A stretch of 64,000 nt of DNA, from IMG/VR virus record IMGVR_UViG_3300021400_000095; one strand, given 5' to 3'. The notes under the pieces were generated by a model. The model did not search any database and had not been told where the DNA came from. It saw nothing but the letters and a program-made list of their open reading frames with translations. Shown piece after piece: positions 10,686-20,692 of this stretch. The position numbers and the translations under genes were made by a program. Each line of letters begins with the position of its first letter. Position 1 is the first letter of the stretch. Source of the DNA: a virus. Lineage: Duplodnaviria > Caudoviricetes.

Positions 10686-11180
10686 TTAGTCATTTATATT
10701 ATTTAACATTTCCAAGTCAGAACTTTGTGAATTCCAGCTTTCCATCCAATTAATATAGAAGGCACTTAATTTATTAAGGACAACCATATTATCTTTTGAA
10801 AGGATAAGTCCATCAGCCCAAATAAAGCATCCATTACCTGTATTTGTTCTTAATTTAAATTGGAATTTAAGGTTATTGAGTCTTGGAATAGTGCCACTAA
10901 ATATAAGATTACCTGTTTTTGGCATATAGATAAGTGGGCAATCTGCTACATCATCTGAAGGTTTTGCAAATTGAGCACTTCCATCAACAATTGTTCTGAA
11001 TTGTTGAATTTGGTTAGAAAGTACTTGTTGCCCAAATTTTGGGTCATCTGTAATTGCAATAGCATTATCATCAACCTCATCATTTGTATCTTCAACAATA
11101 AGATTTTTTTCTGAATATGTTCCTTCCTGAATATTTCTAATTGTAGAAAGGATATTTCTTGTTTTTATATCTTCTTTCAT
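10686..11180 (-). CDS. Hypothetical protein
   Basis: ORF; start reassigned to MKEDIK. Confidence 0.7.
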   Translation of the reverse strand: MKEDIKTRNILSTIRNIQEGTYSEKNLIVEDTNDEVDDNAIAITDDPKFGQQVLSNQIQQFRTIVDGSAQFAKPSDDVADCPLIYMPKTGNLIFSGTIPRLNNLKFQFKLRTNTGNGCFIWADGLILSKDNMVVLNKLSAFYINWMESWNSQSSDLEMLNNIND

Positions 11181-11181
11181 G

Positions 11182-11613
11182 TTAATAGTCCATATACATA
11201 CCATTCCAGGTATATGTTATATTATTGTTTTTAATTATTGTTTTTACTTCTTCTTTAAGGTCTTCTGCTTTTTTCATTTCTTCTTGAATGATTTCTTCAG
11301 CCTTTTCAGGTTCATTTTCAATTTTTTCATTCAGTTCTTTTTGTGCTTTTTCAACCTCATTTATTTTTTCAGTAATTTGTTCAAAAACAGTTGTATCAGG
11401 TTCATTTATTTCAACATTTTCAGTAGTAATAGTTGTTTCAATCTTATTCAATGCATCTTCAATATTATTTACCATATCATTGTTTTCAGGTGCAACATTT
11501 TCAACAGTATTATTAGTTTCATTAACATTATTAATTACTTCTTTGTTTTCAGTGTTGACTGCTGTTTCAACTTCCTTTTTTGTTCTTGGTTTTCTTGTTT
11601 TTGTTTCTGCCAT
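11182..11613 (-). CDS. Acidic coiled-coil hypothetical protein
   Basis: E/N-rich 143 aa ORF after an ACTATTTAT motif. Confidence 0.75.
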   Translation of the reverse strand: MAETKTRKPRTKKEVETAVNTENKEVINNVNETNNTVENVAPENNDMVNNIEDALNKIETTITTENVEINEPDTTVFEQITEKINEVEKAQKELNEKIENEPEKAEEIIQEEMKKAEDLKEEVKTIIKNNNITYTWNGMYMDY

Positions 11614-11646
11614 AATTACATTTATTTATAAATAGTTTATTTTTGT

Positions 11647-12339
11647 TTAATTATTCATCATTAATGCAGCACTTCTCATTTTTATAAAACTTTTTGCATT
11701 GATTTGCCTAACTCTTTCTTTTGAAATGCCAAGTTCTTTTCCAATTTCTTCAAGGGTTTTTGGTTTTGACCCATCAAGCCCATAATATTTTGTTAATATA
11801 TTTTTTTCCTTATCAGATAAAAAGTTCATTAAATAACCAACAACTTTTTTTTCTTCATCTGCTTTATCTTGTTTTGCTTCTTCATCAAATAGAAAGTCAT
11901 TATTAACAACAACAGTTGAATCATCTTTATAATCATCTTCTATTTCAACATCATTAATTGGAAGGTCATCTGCATCCATTACATTTTTCTTTTTAATTGC
12001 TTCAACTATAGCCTGTCTAATCCACCAAACAGAATAACTAATCAATTTAAATCCCTTATCACCATCAAATTTATCAATTGCTCTGATTAATCCACAATTA
12101 CCTTCAGAAATAAGTTCATTATAAGACAATCCCATTCCTTGATAATGTTTTGCAATGCTTGCAACAAATTTTAAATTGCATGACACCAATTTATTTCTTG
12201 CTTCAATATCATTTTCTTCCTTATATTTTTTCCAAAGTTCATATTCTTCATCCCTTTCAAGGGGTTGACTCTTTGTTATCTCATTAAAATATAATAAAGC
12301 ACTCTTATCATAGTCAATAACATTCTTATTTCTTTTCAT
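11647..12339 (-). CDS. RNA polymerase sigma-70 family factor (second copy)
   Basis: ELISEGNCGLIRAIDKFD...ISYSVWWIRQ; TLEEIGKELGISKERVRQI. Confidence 0.93.
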   Translation of the reverse strand: MKRNKNVIDYDKSALLYFNEITKSQPLERDEEYELWKKYKEENDIEARNKLVSCNLKFVASIAKHYQGMGLSYNELISEGNCGLIRAIDKFDGDKGFKLISYSVWWIRQAIVEAIKKKNVMDADDLPINDVEIEDDYKDDSTVVVNNDFLFDEEAKQDKADEEKKVVGYLMNFLSDKEKNILTKYYGLDGSKPKTLEEIGKELGISKERVRQINAKSFIKMRSAALMMNN

Positions 12340-13141
12340 CTTGTATCATGTTTTCATCTTCATTATTTTTAATTTTAAAATATTCATCAATTCTTTGTTT
12401 ACTCATTTCATAATATTCATCAACCTTCTCAATACCAATAAAATTTCTATTTAATTTTATTGCTGCAATTCCTGATGTGCCACTTCCAAGAAATGGGTCT
12501 AAAACCAAATCACCTTCATTTGTCCATGATTTTATATGGTCATAAGCAAGTTGTTCTGGAAATACAGCAGGATGACTTGTCTTATTTTTTGCAACAGCAA
12601 TTTCCCACACATTTGATTTTACTTTTTCATTATTAATGTTAAAAGTTTTATGTGTTCTTCCATTTTCACCACCCATATTTTTACAAGTACTATCATATTT
12701 CTGGCCAGCACATTTACAAGGAACCATTATTGGATTAAATGTTTTTGGCTTCCCTTTACTGAATACAAACATGTATTCAAAATCTTGATTATACCTTGGT
12801 TGTTTAACTTGTGGCATACTATTGGTTTTTTTGAAAATCATAGTATCATTCAGATTAAAGCCATAGTTCATAAAAGCAAGTGCTTGTTTAAATGAAGTAC
12901 CTGTCTCACTCCCCTTTTCAGTTTTATCACCAACAACCCAAACAATAACACCACCTGGTTTAAGAATATCATATAATTTCAAAGCAACCTCCTTACAAAT
13001 ATCCAAATTCCATTCACAAGTATTGTTATAAGTTCTCATGTTGTCATAAGGTGGACTTGTTATTACCATATCAACCTGTATTTTTTTTGCTATAAGGTCA
13101 TCTAAGATATCTCTACAATCACCTTTTATAATATTATACAT
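12326..13141 (-). CDS. Beta-class N4-C/N6-A DNA methyltransferase
   Basis: TSPPY motif IV, HPAVFP, VLDPFLGSGTS motif I. Confidence 0.93.
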   Translation of the reverse strand: MYNIIKGDCRDILDDLIAKKIQVDMVITSPPYDNMRTYNNTCEWNLDICKEVALKLYDILKPGGVIVWVVGDKTEKGSETGTSFKQALAFMNYGFNLNDTMIFKKTNSMPQVKQPRYNQDFEYMFVFSKGKPKTFNPIMVPCKCAGQKYDSTCKNMGGENGRTHKTFNINNEKVKSNVWEIAVAKNKTSHPAVFPEQLAYDHIKSWTNEGDLVLDPFLGSGTSGIAAIKLNRNFIGIEKVDEYYEMSKQRIDEYFKIKNNEDENMIQDEKK

Positions 13142-15548
13142 AGTTAGTTACTGATTTTATTGAACTTATGTTATTTATTTTTTGGACTGTGATTATTTGG
13201 TCATGATATTCAATCCACTGATTTAAGTGACAGATATGCAAAACAAAATCATAATTTGCAACAATCTTATCATATAATTTCTTCATATCATCATAATTTG
13301 CTTCTGCAACACCACCAAGGACTTCATCAAGCAAGATAAAGGAGACATTGCAGAGATTACTCATGTTACCTAGAACAACCCTTAATGCAAGTGCAGCCTG
13401 TGTTTTTTCAAGTCCTGATGCTCCTGCCAAATTATATTTGATACCATCTCTTGACATTATAAAATTAACATCACCCTTTTCATTGATTTCAACTTGAACT
13501 TCAAAATCTGCAACACCTGTAAGTAATCTATTAATTTCTGCATTAATAATTGGAATTGCATTTCTTAAAACCATTTTTGAGATACCATCTTTACCAATCA
13601 TCTTAAGATAAAGTTTCCAGTTCTTTTCAATTGCAAGTTCATTTTCAATTTTTACAATGTAAGACTTTTTTTCTTTAATACTTTCAATGTTATGATTAAT
13701 CATTGCTTTATTTTCAGATAATGTATTGTTTAGATTAATTCTTATCTTATCTTCAATGTTAATACTATCATTACAAACATTTATCTTTGCATCAAGTTCA
13801 TCATTGTACTTAATGGCTTCTTTATTTTCCTTAAGTTTCTTAATTGTATCAATAATATCCCTACCTTCAAGTCTTAATGATAATATTTGGGATTCAAGAG
13901 CAGCAACCTTTAACTCAATTTTGTTTTTCTCAGTCTGATTATTTCTTATGACTTCAATCCTTTCAATTTCTTTTATTAACTCTTCTTTCTTACTATTTTT
14001 TGTAATTCCTTCTTGAATTAGTTTATTGATACCAGATTCATTTGCTTCAATAAGTTTTGTATTATCAATATTATCATATTTCCTATGACATGTTGGACAA
14101 TATTCACCTTCAGCAAGGGATTTGTTCTTTTCTTTAAGAAGTTTGATATTTGCTTTTATGCTTGCAATTTCTTCAACTAAATTGTCTTTCATTGACTTAA
14201 GTTCATTATATTCATCAAGAGAATAATCAACCTCCTTTATTTTTGCAGATTCTTCTTTTAAATCATTGGCTTGTTTTGTCTTAGCAACACCATCAGTCTT
14301 AATAATTTCAAGTCTTTTTTCCAATGTTGTTATATCACCTTTTTTAAGAAGGTTTTCATCAACAGGTTTCTTTTCTGAAAAATACCTTTCTTTATCTGAA
14401 GTATATTGTTTTATCTTTTTTTCACATTCTTTTATTTTTCCATCAATGATTTCATTGTCTTTACTTGTTTGTACATTAGTTTCTTCAAGTTCTTTAATTT
14501 CATTCTTTAAAGTTTCTCTATTATACAAATCACAATATCTGCCAACAGATATTTTTTTATTCCATATTTCTTTTGCCTTATTATTTTTATCTTCAAGACA
14601 TGAAAGACCAATCCATCTTGACAATAATTTTCCTCTTTCATCATTTTTAAGAGAAATCAAATCATCAAGGTCCTTTGCATTTGCTGAAATAATAAGGTCA
14701 AAATCCTTTTCATTGCCAATGGCTTCCTTAATTATTTTATTGGTTTTTGTTGAACTTTCTTCTTGCAAATTTACTGAATCTTTAAGTTCTTCCATTTCAC
14801 CATTTTCACAGACTTTAAAATATTCAATTTTCTGTGTTGCAGTTCTTATTTCTTTCTTTGATTTTGATGGTCTTTTTAATGTTCTTCTAATAATATAATC
14901 AGAGCCTTCAATATTAATACAACCTTCAACTTTAAGTTCAGTTTCATCAGGCAAAAATGAATTAAACAAAGCACCTAGATTAAATTGTCCACTTTCAGTT
15001 TTTGCTTTACCTGATTTTGTTTCACCAAAGAAAAGAAAATGTAACAAGTCATAAGCAAATGTTGATTTTCCACTTTTATTTGCTGGTTCACCATTTAACA
15101 AGACAAGGCCATGAAGTTGTGTAAAATCAAAATGGTTTTCTTTACCATAAGAAAGAAAATTACTCCAATCAAGCCATTTTACTGAATATCTTTTTCCAGT
15201 TTCATATTGTGAATAATCCATCAAAGCATTAACTGTTGAGTCAATTTTCACAATTTCATCAAAGTTACAATCTTCAATGTTATTTTCTTCAATATATTCT
15301 TTAAATAACTTATGTTGAAATGCTGGGTCTGTAATACTTTTTATGTTTTCACTATTAAGACCTGCATTGGTATTTGTTACTGATGTTTGATAATCCTTTT
15401 CAATAATAATGTTTGATTCTGGAATATCATATTTTTTTGCAAACAATGTTCTTATATTGTTTTCCTTTTCTTTGGAATAATCAACAGGTTTTACCTTCCA
15501 AACAATTGAAACTTTTGCTTTTTTTCCAATATCAATTTTCTTTTCCAT
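13134..15548 (-). CDS. sbcC: SbcC/Rad50-like SMC ATPase
   Basis: NFLSYG, Walker A NKSGKST, CPTC zinc hook, SGLEK signature, LLDE Walker B. Confidence 0.9.
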   Translation of the reverse strand: MEKKIDIGKKAKVSIVWKVKPVDYSKEKENNIRTLFAKKYDIPESNIIIEKDYQTSVTNTNAGLNSENIKSITDPAFQHKLFKEYIEENNIEDCNFDEIVKIDSTVNALMDYSQYETGKRYSVKWLDWSNFLSYGKENHFDFTQLHGLVLLNGEPANKSGKSTFAYDLLHFLFFGETKSGKAKTESGQFNLGALFNSFLPDETELKVEGCINIEGSDYIIRRTLKRPSKSKKEIRTATQKIEYFKVCENGEMEELKDSVNLQEESSTKTNKIIKEAIGNEKDFDLIISANAKDLDDLISLKNDERGKLLSRWIGLSCLEDKNNKAKEIWNKKISVGRYCDLYNRETLKNEIKELEETNVQTSKDNEIIDGKIKECEKKIKQYTSDKERYFSEKKPVDENLLKKGDITTLEKRLEIIKTDGVAKTKQANDLKEESAKIKEVDYSLDEYNELKSMKDNLVEEIASIKANIKLLKEKNKSLAEGEYCPTCHRKYDNIDNTKLIEANESGINKLIQEGITKNSKKEELIKEIERIEVIRNNQTEKNKIELKVAALESQILSLRLEGRDIIDTIKKLKENKEAIKYNDELDAKINVCNDSINIEDKIRINLNNTLSENKAMINHNIESIKEKKSYIVKIENELAIEKNWKLYLKMIGKDGISKMVLRNAIPIINAEINRLLTGVADFEVQVEINEKGDVNFIMSRDGIKYNLAGASGLEKTQAALALRVVLGNMSNLCNVSFILLDEVLGGVAEANYDDMKKLYDKIVANYDFVLHICHLNQWIEYHDQIITVQKINNISSIKSVTNYV

Positions 15549-16000
15549 TATTTTAATCTTCTTTTTTTTGGTTTATCTTTTAAATTTTCTATATGCTCAA
15601 CTGTTGTTGTTTGTTTATCATCAGATTTAATTTGTGTCTGGGCTTCAGAAACTGGCTCAAAATAAAATGATTTTCCAACAGGCTCATCCATTTTAATTTC
15701 AGAAACTTCTTTTTTTGGTACTGTTAAATTATAATCAGCAACAGGCTCAGATTTTATTTCATCATTAATTAATTCATCCCAATGTTCATTTATAACTACT
15801 TGAATTTGTTCAGGAATTTCTTCTTGTTTTTTTAAATGACTAAATGGTGCATCACCATATTTTTCAACCATAAAAGATTTCCTTATTAAATCATCCACAA
15901 AATCACCAAATTTTAAATCATTTATCTGACAATATTCCTTTATGTCATGATAAAGTTTTTCACTTATTAAAATACTATGTGTTTTTTTGCTTTTTTCCAT
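15548..16000 (-). CDS. Hypothetical protein, possible ribbon-helix-helix N-terminus
   Basis: HSILISEKLYHDIKEYC. Confidence 0.65.
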   Translation of the reverse strand: MEKSKKTHSILISEKLYHDIKEYCQINDLKFGDFVDDLIRKSFMVEKYGDAPFSHLKKQEEIPEQIQVVINEHWDELINDEIKSEPVADYNLTVPKKEVSEIKMDEPVGKSFYFEPVSEAQTQIKSDDKQTTTVEHIENLKDKPKKRRLK

Positions 16001-16103
16001 GTAATTTATTGATTTTTAACAAAAATACAAAAAATAAGTATAAAAACAAAATATTTATTTACTTTTTAGTCCAATAATTTTATTTTAAATTAAAACTATT
16101 AAT

Positions 16104-16910
16104 ATGGACAATAATTTTCCAAGAGTAATATTAGGTCTTGATGTCAGTACAAATTGTATTGGTATCAGTATTGTTGAAGATAATGGTGTTGATGAAAAAC
16201 CTAAAATAATTGCAATCACACAGAAATCACCAAGAATTCCTAAAAAAATTAAAGGAATTGAAGCACTTTGTTTAAAAAAATTTGGTTTTGATGAAGGCTT
16301 TCTTAAAAATTTAAATGAATATACAGATAAAAAGATAACAGATGTTGTTATTGAAGAACCTTTGGTTTCATCAAATAATGTAAACACTGTTGCCACATTG
16401 TTAAAATTCACTGGAATGATTGCTGATAGTGTATATACTACATTAGGGATTGTACCAGTTTTTATTTCATCATATGATGCCAGAACATATTCATTCCCTG
16501 AATTAATAGCAATTAGAAAATTTAATAAACAAGGAAAGGTTTATCCTTTATCACATATCAAGAATGCTATTAAGAAGAATAATATTGTTTTATTTGGTGC
16601 ATATCCTTATGATGTTGATAAAAAAACTGTTATGATGAACATGGTAAATGATACATATTTTGGTGATGACCTTATACCATGGGAAAAAAATAAGTATGAT
16701 GAACTTAAGAAAGAAAACTATGATGCTTGTGATGCATTGATATGTGCATTGGCATATGTTAATATAAATAGACATGGCATTTCAACAACAGAAATTGTTG
16801 ATTCTGAAATTGAAGAAAATGATGATGAGTATATTATTAAATATACAACATCAATATGGGACAAGAAATTCCCCAAAACACTAATTTTGCCAAAAAATAA
16901 TGCTGAATAA
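16104..16910 (+). CDS. RuvC-like RNase H-fold nuclease/resolvase
   Basis: ILGLDVST, VVIEEP, YDACDAL. Confidence 0.8.
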   Translation: MDNNFPRVILGLDVSTNCIGISIVEDNGVDEKPKIIAITQKSPRIPKKIKGIEALCLKKFGFDEGFLKNLNEYTDKKITDVVIEEPLVSSNNVNTVATLLKFTGMIADSVYTTLGIVPVFISSYDARTYSFPELIAIRKFNKQGKVYPLSHIKNAIKKNNIVLFGAYPYDVDKKTVMMNMVNDTYFGDDLIPWEKNKYDELKKENYDACDALICALAYVNINRHGISTTEIVDSEIEENDDEYIIKYTTSIWDKKFPKTLILPKNNAE

Positions 16911-16975
16911 TAATTTTATTTGTTTACCAACTATTTATAAGAGAAATAACAGACAAAAAACAAATAATATATATT

Positions 16976-17764
16976 ATGGCATATTTAAATGACCCAAGAG
17001 AACAAGCAATTGACATTGACAACCATGTTATCTGGGAATCTGACAATAGGATTGAGAAAAGATATCAATGGGGTGCAATGATTACAGATTTGTGTGACAT
17101 GTCTCCTGAAGAATATATGAAAAATCCTTTAATTGAAGCAGTCAAAGCTGGTGGTAATACTGATGAACTTAAGGATGTAATTGAAGAAAGTGCTAACAAA
17201 ATTACTGATAAGATTGGTGAAGCATCTGATGCTATTGTAGAAGGAAACTGTGAATGTATCAGTGATGCTACAGTTGAAATTACTGATGCAATCTATTCAG
17301 CAGCAACTATCATTTCAAAGGGTATAAGTGGTTTAACTCCTGTTGAAGTTGTTCTTTATTATACATCAGTCAATAACAGCACATTACCTGAAAATTTAAC
17401 TGAAGATGATTTTACAAGTGCTGCTATTGGTGTTGGTTCTGATTCTTTTATAAACTTCATTTTAGGTGACCCAACACCTGAACAATGGGAACAATATATA
17501 AATAAGGAGATTACAGAACAAGAATTAAGAACAGTTGCAGCAAATGACTATTACCTTTCAATACCAAAGGCATATAAAGATAAAGTCTCAATTCAAGAAA
17601 ATGGTACAGTAGATTTAACAGACAATTTCATTGAAGTTGAAAATGTAAGTCTTTTTGGTGATAATATCTTATATAGGTCACAAGATGTTGATTACTTCAA
17701 TGAAGATTATGAATCTGGTGAAACCAAAGTTAAAATTCCATTTAAAATAACTATAACTAAATAA
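16976..17764 (+). CDS. Hypothetical, probably structural protein
   Basis: Acidic 262 aa ORF after ACTATTTAT at ~16930. Confidence 0.7.
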   Translation: MAYLNDPREQAIDIDNHVIWESDNRIEKRYQWGAMITDLCDMSPEEYMKNPLIEAVKAGGNTDELKDVIEESANKITDKIGEASDAIVEGNCECISDATVEITDAIYSAATIISKGISGLTPVEVVLYYTSVNNSTLPENLTEDDFTSAAIGVGSDSFINFILGDPTPEQWEQYINKEITEQELRTVAANDYYLSIPKAYKDKVSIQENGTVDLTDNFIEVENVSLFGDNILYRSQDVDYFNEDYESGETKVKIPFKITITK

Positions 17765-17772
17765 ATTAAACT

Positions 17773-18018
17773 ATGCCAAGTGTAAATTCAGGAACACAAA
17801 AATTTTCAAGTCAATTTCAATATACAGGTGATGGCCCATTAGATACAAAACAAGCACCTGTTCCAACACTTGCTGACCTTCCATCAGCATTAAAATCATA
17901 TGAAGGACAAACAGTAACTGTTCTTTCAGATGATAAAGGAGAAATTAGTGATTGGCAATTCACTGATGGACAATGGGTTAAAAAATACCAAATAGTTGAT
18001 TGTGGTGAATTCTTTTAA
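17773..18018 (+). CDS. Small hypothetical protein
   Basis: 81 aa ORF followed by a hairpin terminator at 18041-18076. Confidence 0.7.
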   Translation: MPSVNSGTQKFSSQFQYTGDGPLDTKQAPVPTLADLPSALKSYEGQTVTVLSDDKGEISDWQFTDGQWVKKYQIVDCGEFF

Positions 18019-18117
18019 AAAATAAAATTAGAATAAAATTAAAAAAGGCTGTGGTAAAAAACTACAGTCTTTTTTGTTTTTTATTTCAACTTTTTGTATT
18101 TTTGCAAAAAGAATTTT

Positions 18118-19143
18118 ATGTTACCTGTTGAATGTAAAAGAATATATGATATATTGACTATGTTGTTTGGTAATAGCAAACAAGGTAGTTTCAGTACATC
18201 TGTAGACCAGTACCAATTTTGTTGTCCATGGGAAAGAGATGAAAATGGTGGAATACCTGACATGAAATTTAACATGGAAATAAACTTTAGCATTGGTAAA
18301 TGGCATACATGGTGCTGTAATCATGGTGGTAATATTTCTAAATTAATAAAAAAATGGGGAAATTCTGAATTACTTAAAGAATATTTTACTATAATTAATG
18401 AAATTAAAGAAAGTAAATATTATAACCTTGATTTATTTAAAGATACTGAATTTTCATTATATGGTATAAATAATAATGTAATACTTCCACCAACATTTAC
18501 CAAAATAAACATTGAAAAATGTAAAAAAAACAAATTGGTTGATTATCTGAATGAAAGAAAAATTACACAAGATATTATTGATAAGTATAATATAGGATAT
18601 ACAACATGGGATGAGGAACAATGGCAAGATAGAGATAGAATTATAATCCCATCATATGATTCAAATGGTGACCTTAATTTCTGGGTTGGAAGAGATTTCT
18701 CTGGAAACAAAAGTAAAGTTAAATATAAAAATTGTAAAGTTGACAAAAAAGAAATAATCTTCCAAGAAGGAAAAATTTTATGGTCATCTGATATATGGCT
18801 TGTTGAAGGTGCTATTGATTGTATTTATGGAAATGGAAATACTGTTTCTTTACTAGGTAAAACATTAACCAAAGATTGTAAACTTTATAAATCATTAAAT
18901 GAAAAAGCAAATGCTAATGTTGTGATTTGTCTTGATGGTGATGTAAATGATAATGAAATTAAAAGAATATATAATCTACTTAATAAAGGAAGACTATATA
19001 ATAAAATTTGGTATGTAAAACTTGGTACTGATGAACTTCCATGGAAAGACTTTGGAGAAGCATATCAAGATGGTGGGAAAAATAATATTATAAAAATAAT
19101 GAAATCAAGAAAACAATTTAATGAAATTGAATTACTTATATAA
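18118..19143 (+). CDS. dnaG: DNA primase (zinc finger + TOPRIM)
   Basis: CCP..HTWCC zinc region, RIIIP, VGR, KYKN, VEGAID, LDGD. Confidence 0.88.
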   Translation: MLPVECKRIYDILTMLFGNSKQGSFSTSVDQYQFCCPWERDENGGIPDMKFNMEINFSIGKWHTWCCNHGGNISKLIKKWGNSELLKEYFTIINEIKESKYYNLDLFKDTEFSLYGINNNVILPPTFTKINIEKCKKNKLVDYLNERKITQDIIDKYNIGYTTWDEEQWQDRDRIIIPSYDSNGDLNFWVGRDFSGNKSKVKYKNCKVDKKEIIFQEGKILWSSDIWLVEGAIDCIYGNGNTVSLLGKTLTKDCKLYKSLNEKANANVVICLDGDVNDNEIKRIYNLLNKGRLYNKIWYVKLGTDELPWKDFGEAYQDGGKNNIIKIMKSRKQFNEIELLI

Positions 19144-19216
19144 TAGTCTGAAAATAAAAAAGAATTACTTGACTTAATTAATAATAGTATTTATTTTAAA
19201 ATAAAAGAATAGTTAT

Positions 19217-19897
19217 ATGGCATATAAAAAGAAACTTACTAGTGAAGAATTTGTTAAAACAATTATTGATAAGGAACTTGAAATTGTTAATGCTGATATC
19301 AGATATGATGATATAATTAAACTACCAAAAGAAGAACAAGAAAAACTTAAATGGTGGTCTAAATATAGTTTTAAAACTTTTGAACAATTTGAAGAATGGA
19401 AAGAGTTTTTCTATGAAAAATTCTATGATTGGCAACCAAAATCAATATCAAAAGAAATGATGAAAAAAGAATTCTCTTGGATTAATCTTATGTGGGGCCT
19501 TAAATATGATTTCCCATATGAAATAATTGAATTCTTTAAAGACCCTTGCTTCAAAAAAGCATATGATTTTTATAAATCACATGTTCCTGAATATGATATT
19601 AATAAAAGTCAGATTAATTTCACAAAATCAATACTTAATCTATATGATAAAAAACTGAAAAAATCATTTGTTTCTGACTTTGATGATTTTTATGATAAAG
19701 AAAAAGATAATATTGATGCTTATTTCAAAAATATTAATCAATATGAAAATGACCAATTAAAAGAACCTGTTGTTTTATTGATTTTATATGCTTTGAGAAA
19801 AAGAGAACCAAAAACTATTGAACTATGGCCTTTCTCAAATGACTTGCTGAAAGAATTCTTGAAAATTATGAATATTAGTACTGATGCTCTTACTTAA
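19217..19897 (+). CDS. Hypothetical protein
   Basis: 226 aa ORF; hairpin terminator 19910-19938. Confidence 0.75.
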   Translation: MAYKKKLTSEEFVKTIIDKELEIVNADIRYDDIIKLPKEEQEKLKWWSKYSFKTFEQFEEWKEFFYEKFYDWQPKSISKEMMKKEFSWINLMWGLKYDFPYEIIEFFKDPCFKKAYDFYKSHVPEYDINKSQINFTKSILNLYDKKLKKSFVSDFDDFYDKEKDNIDAYFKNINQYENDQLKEPVVLLILYALRKREPKTIELWPFSNDLLKEFLKIMNISTDALT

Positions 19898-19985
19898 TTA
19901 ATATAATTTGGGACTAATTTAATTAGTCCCTTTTTTTGTAATATAAAATTTTATTTGTATTTTTGTGGAAACAAACTAAAATAAT

Positions 19986-20687
19986 ATGAATACAACTTTA
20001 AATGATTTTGAAAAATTTGCAATTAGCAAAGGAATTAGTACAAATAAACTTGATGCATATTCAAAGAATATGATAAAAAATTATGGTGTTAATCCTGTTA
20101 TCTTGGAAGAAAGACAAATGAATGTCACAGCAATTGACATTTATTCAAGACTTATGTATGATAAAATTATCTTCTTGGGTACAGCAATTGATGATGTTGT
20201 AGCAAATATTGTTAATGCACAACTTCTCTACCTTAATTCAATTACTGATGAAGATGATGATATTAAAATGTTTATTAACTCACCTGGGGGTTCTGTAATT
20301 GATGGACTGGCAATATATGATTGCCTGAACTTTATTACACCTGATGTTTCAACATATTGTATGGGTATGGCAGCATCAATGGGGTCAATCCTTATTTCTT
20401 CAGGTGCAAGAGGAAAAAGATTTGCACTACCAAACAGTACTATCATGATTCACCAAGTAAGTTCAGGAACAGGTAGAGTACAAAATGCTGACCTTCAAAT
20501 TGCAGCAAAAGAATCACAAAAATGGCAAAATATTTTGTATAATATACTTGCTAAGAACACAGGAAAATCTATTGAAGAAATTGAACAAGATGCTGACAGA
20601 GACCATTGGCTAATGCCAAATGAAGCACTTCCTAATGTTTATGGCCCTTATGGTCTTATTGATGAAATAATAACAAAATCAAAGTAA
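19986..20687 (+). CDS. clpP: ATP-dependent Clp protease proteolytic subunit
   Basis: DIYSRL, INSPGGSV, GMAASMGS, MIHQ, DRD. Confidence 0.95.
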   Translation: MNTTLNDFEKFAISKGISTNKLDAYSKNMIKNYGVNPVILEERQMNVTAIDIYSRLMYDKIIFLGTAIDDVVANIVNAQLLYLNSITDEDDDIKMFINSPGGSVIDGLAIYDCLNFITPDVSTYCMGMAASMGSILISSGARGKRFALPNSTIMIHQVSSGTGRVQNADLQIAAKESQKWQNILYNILAKNTGKSIEEIEQDADRDHWLMPNEALPNVYGPYGLIDEIITKSK

Positions 20688-20692
20688 TTATT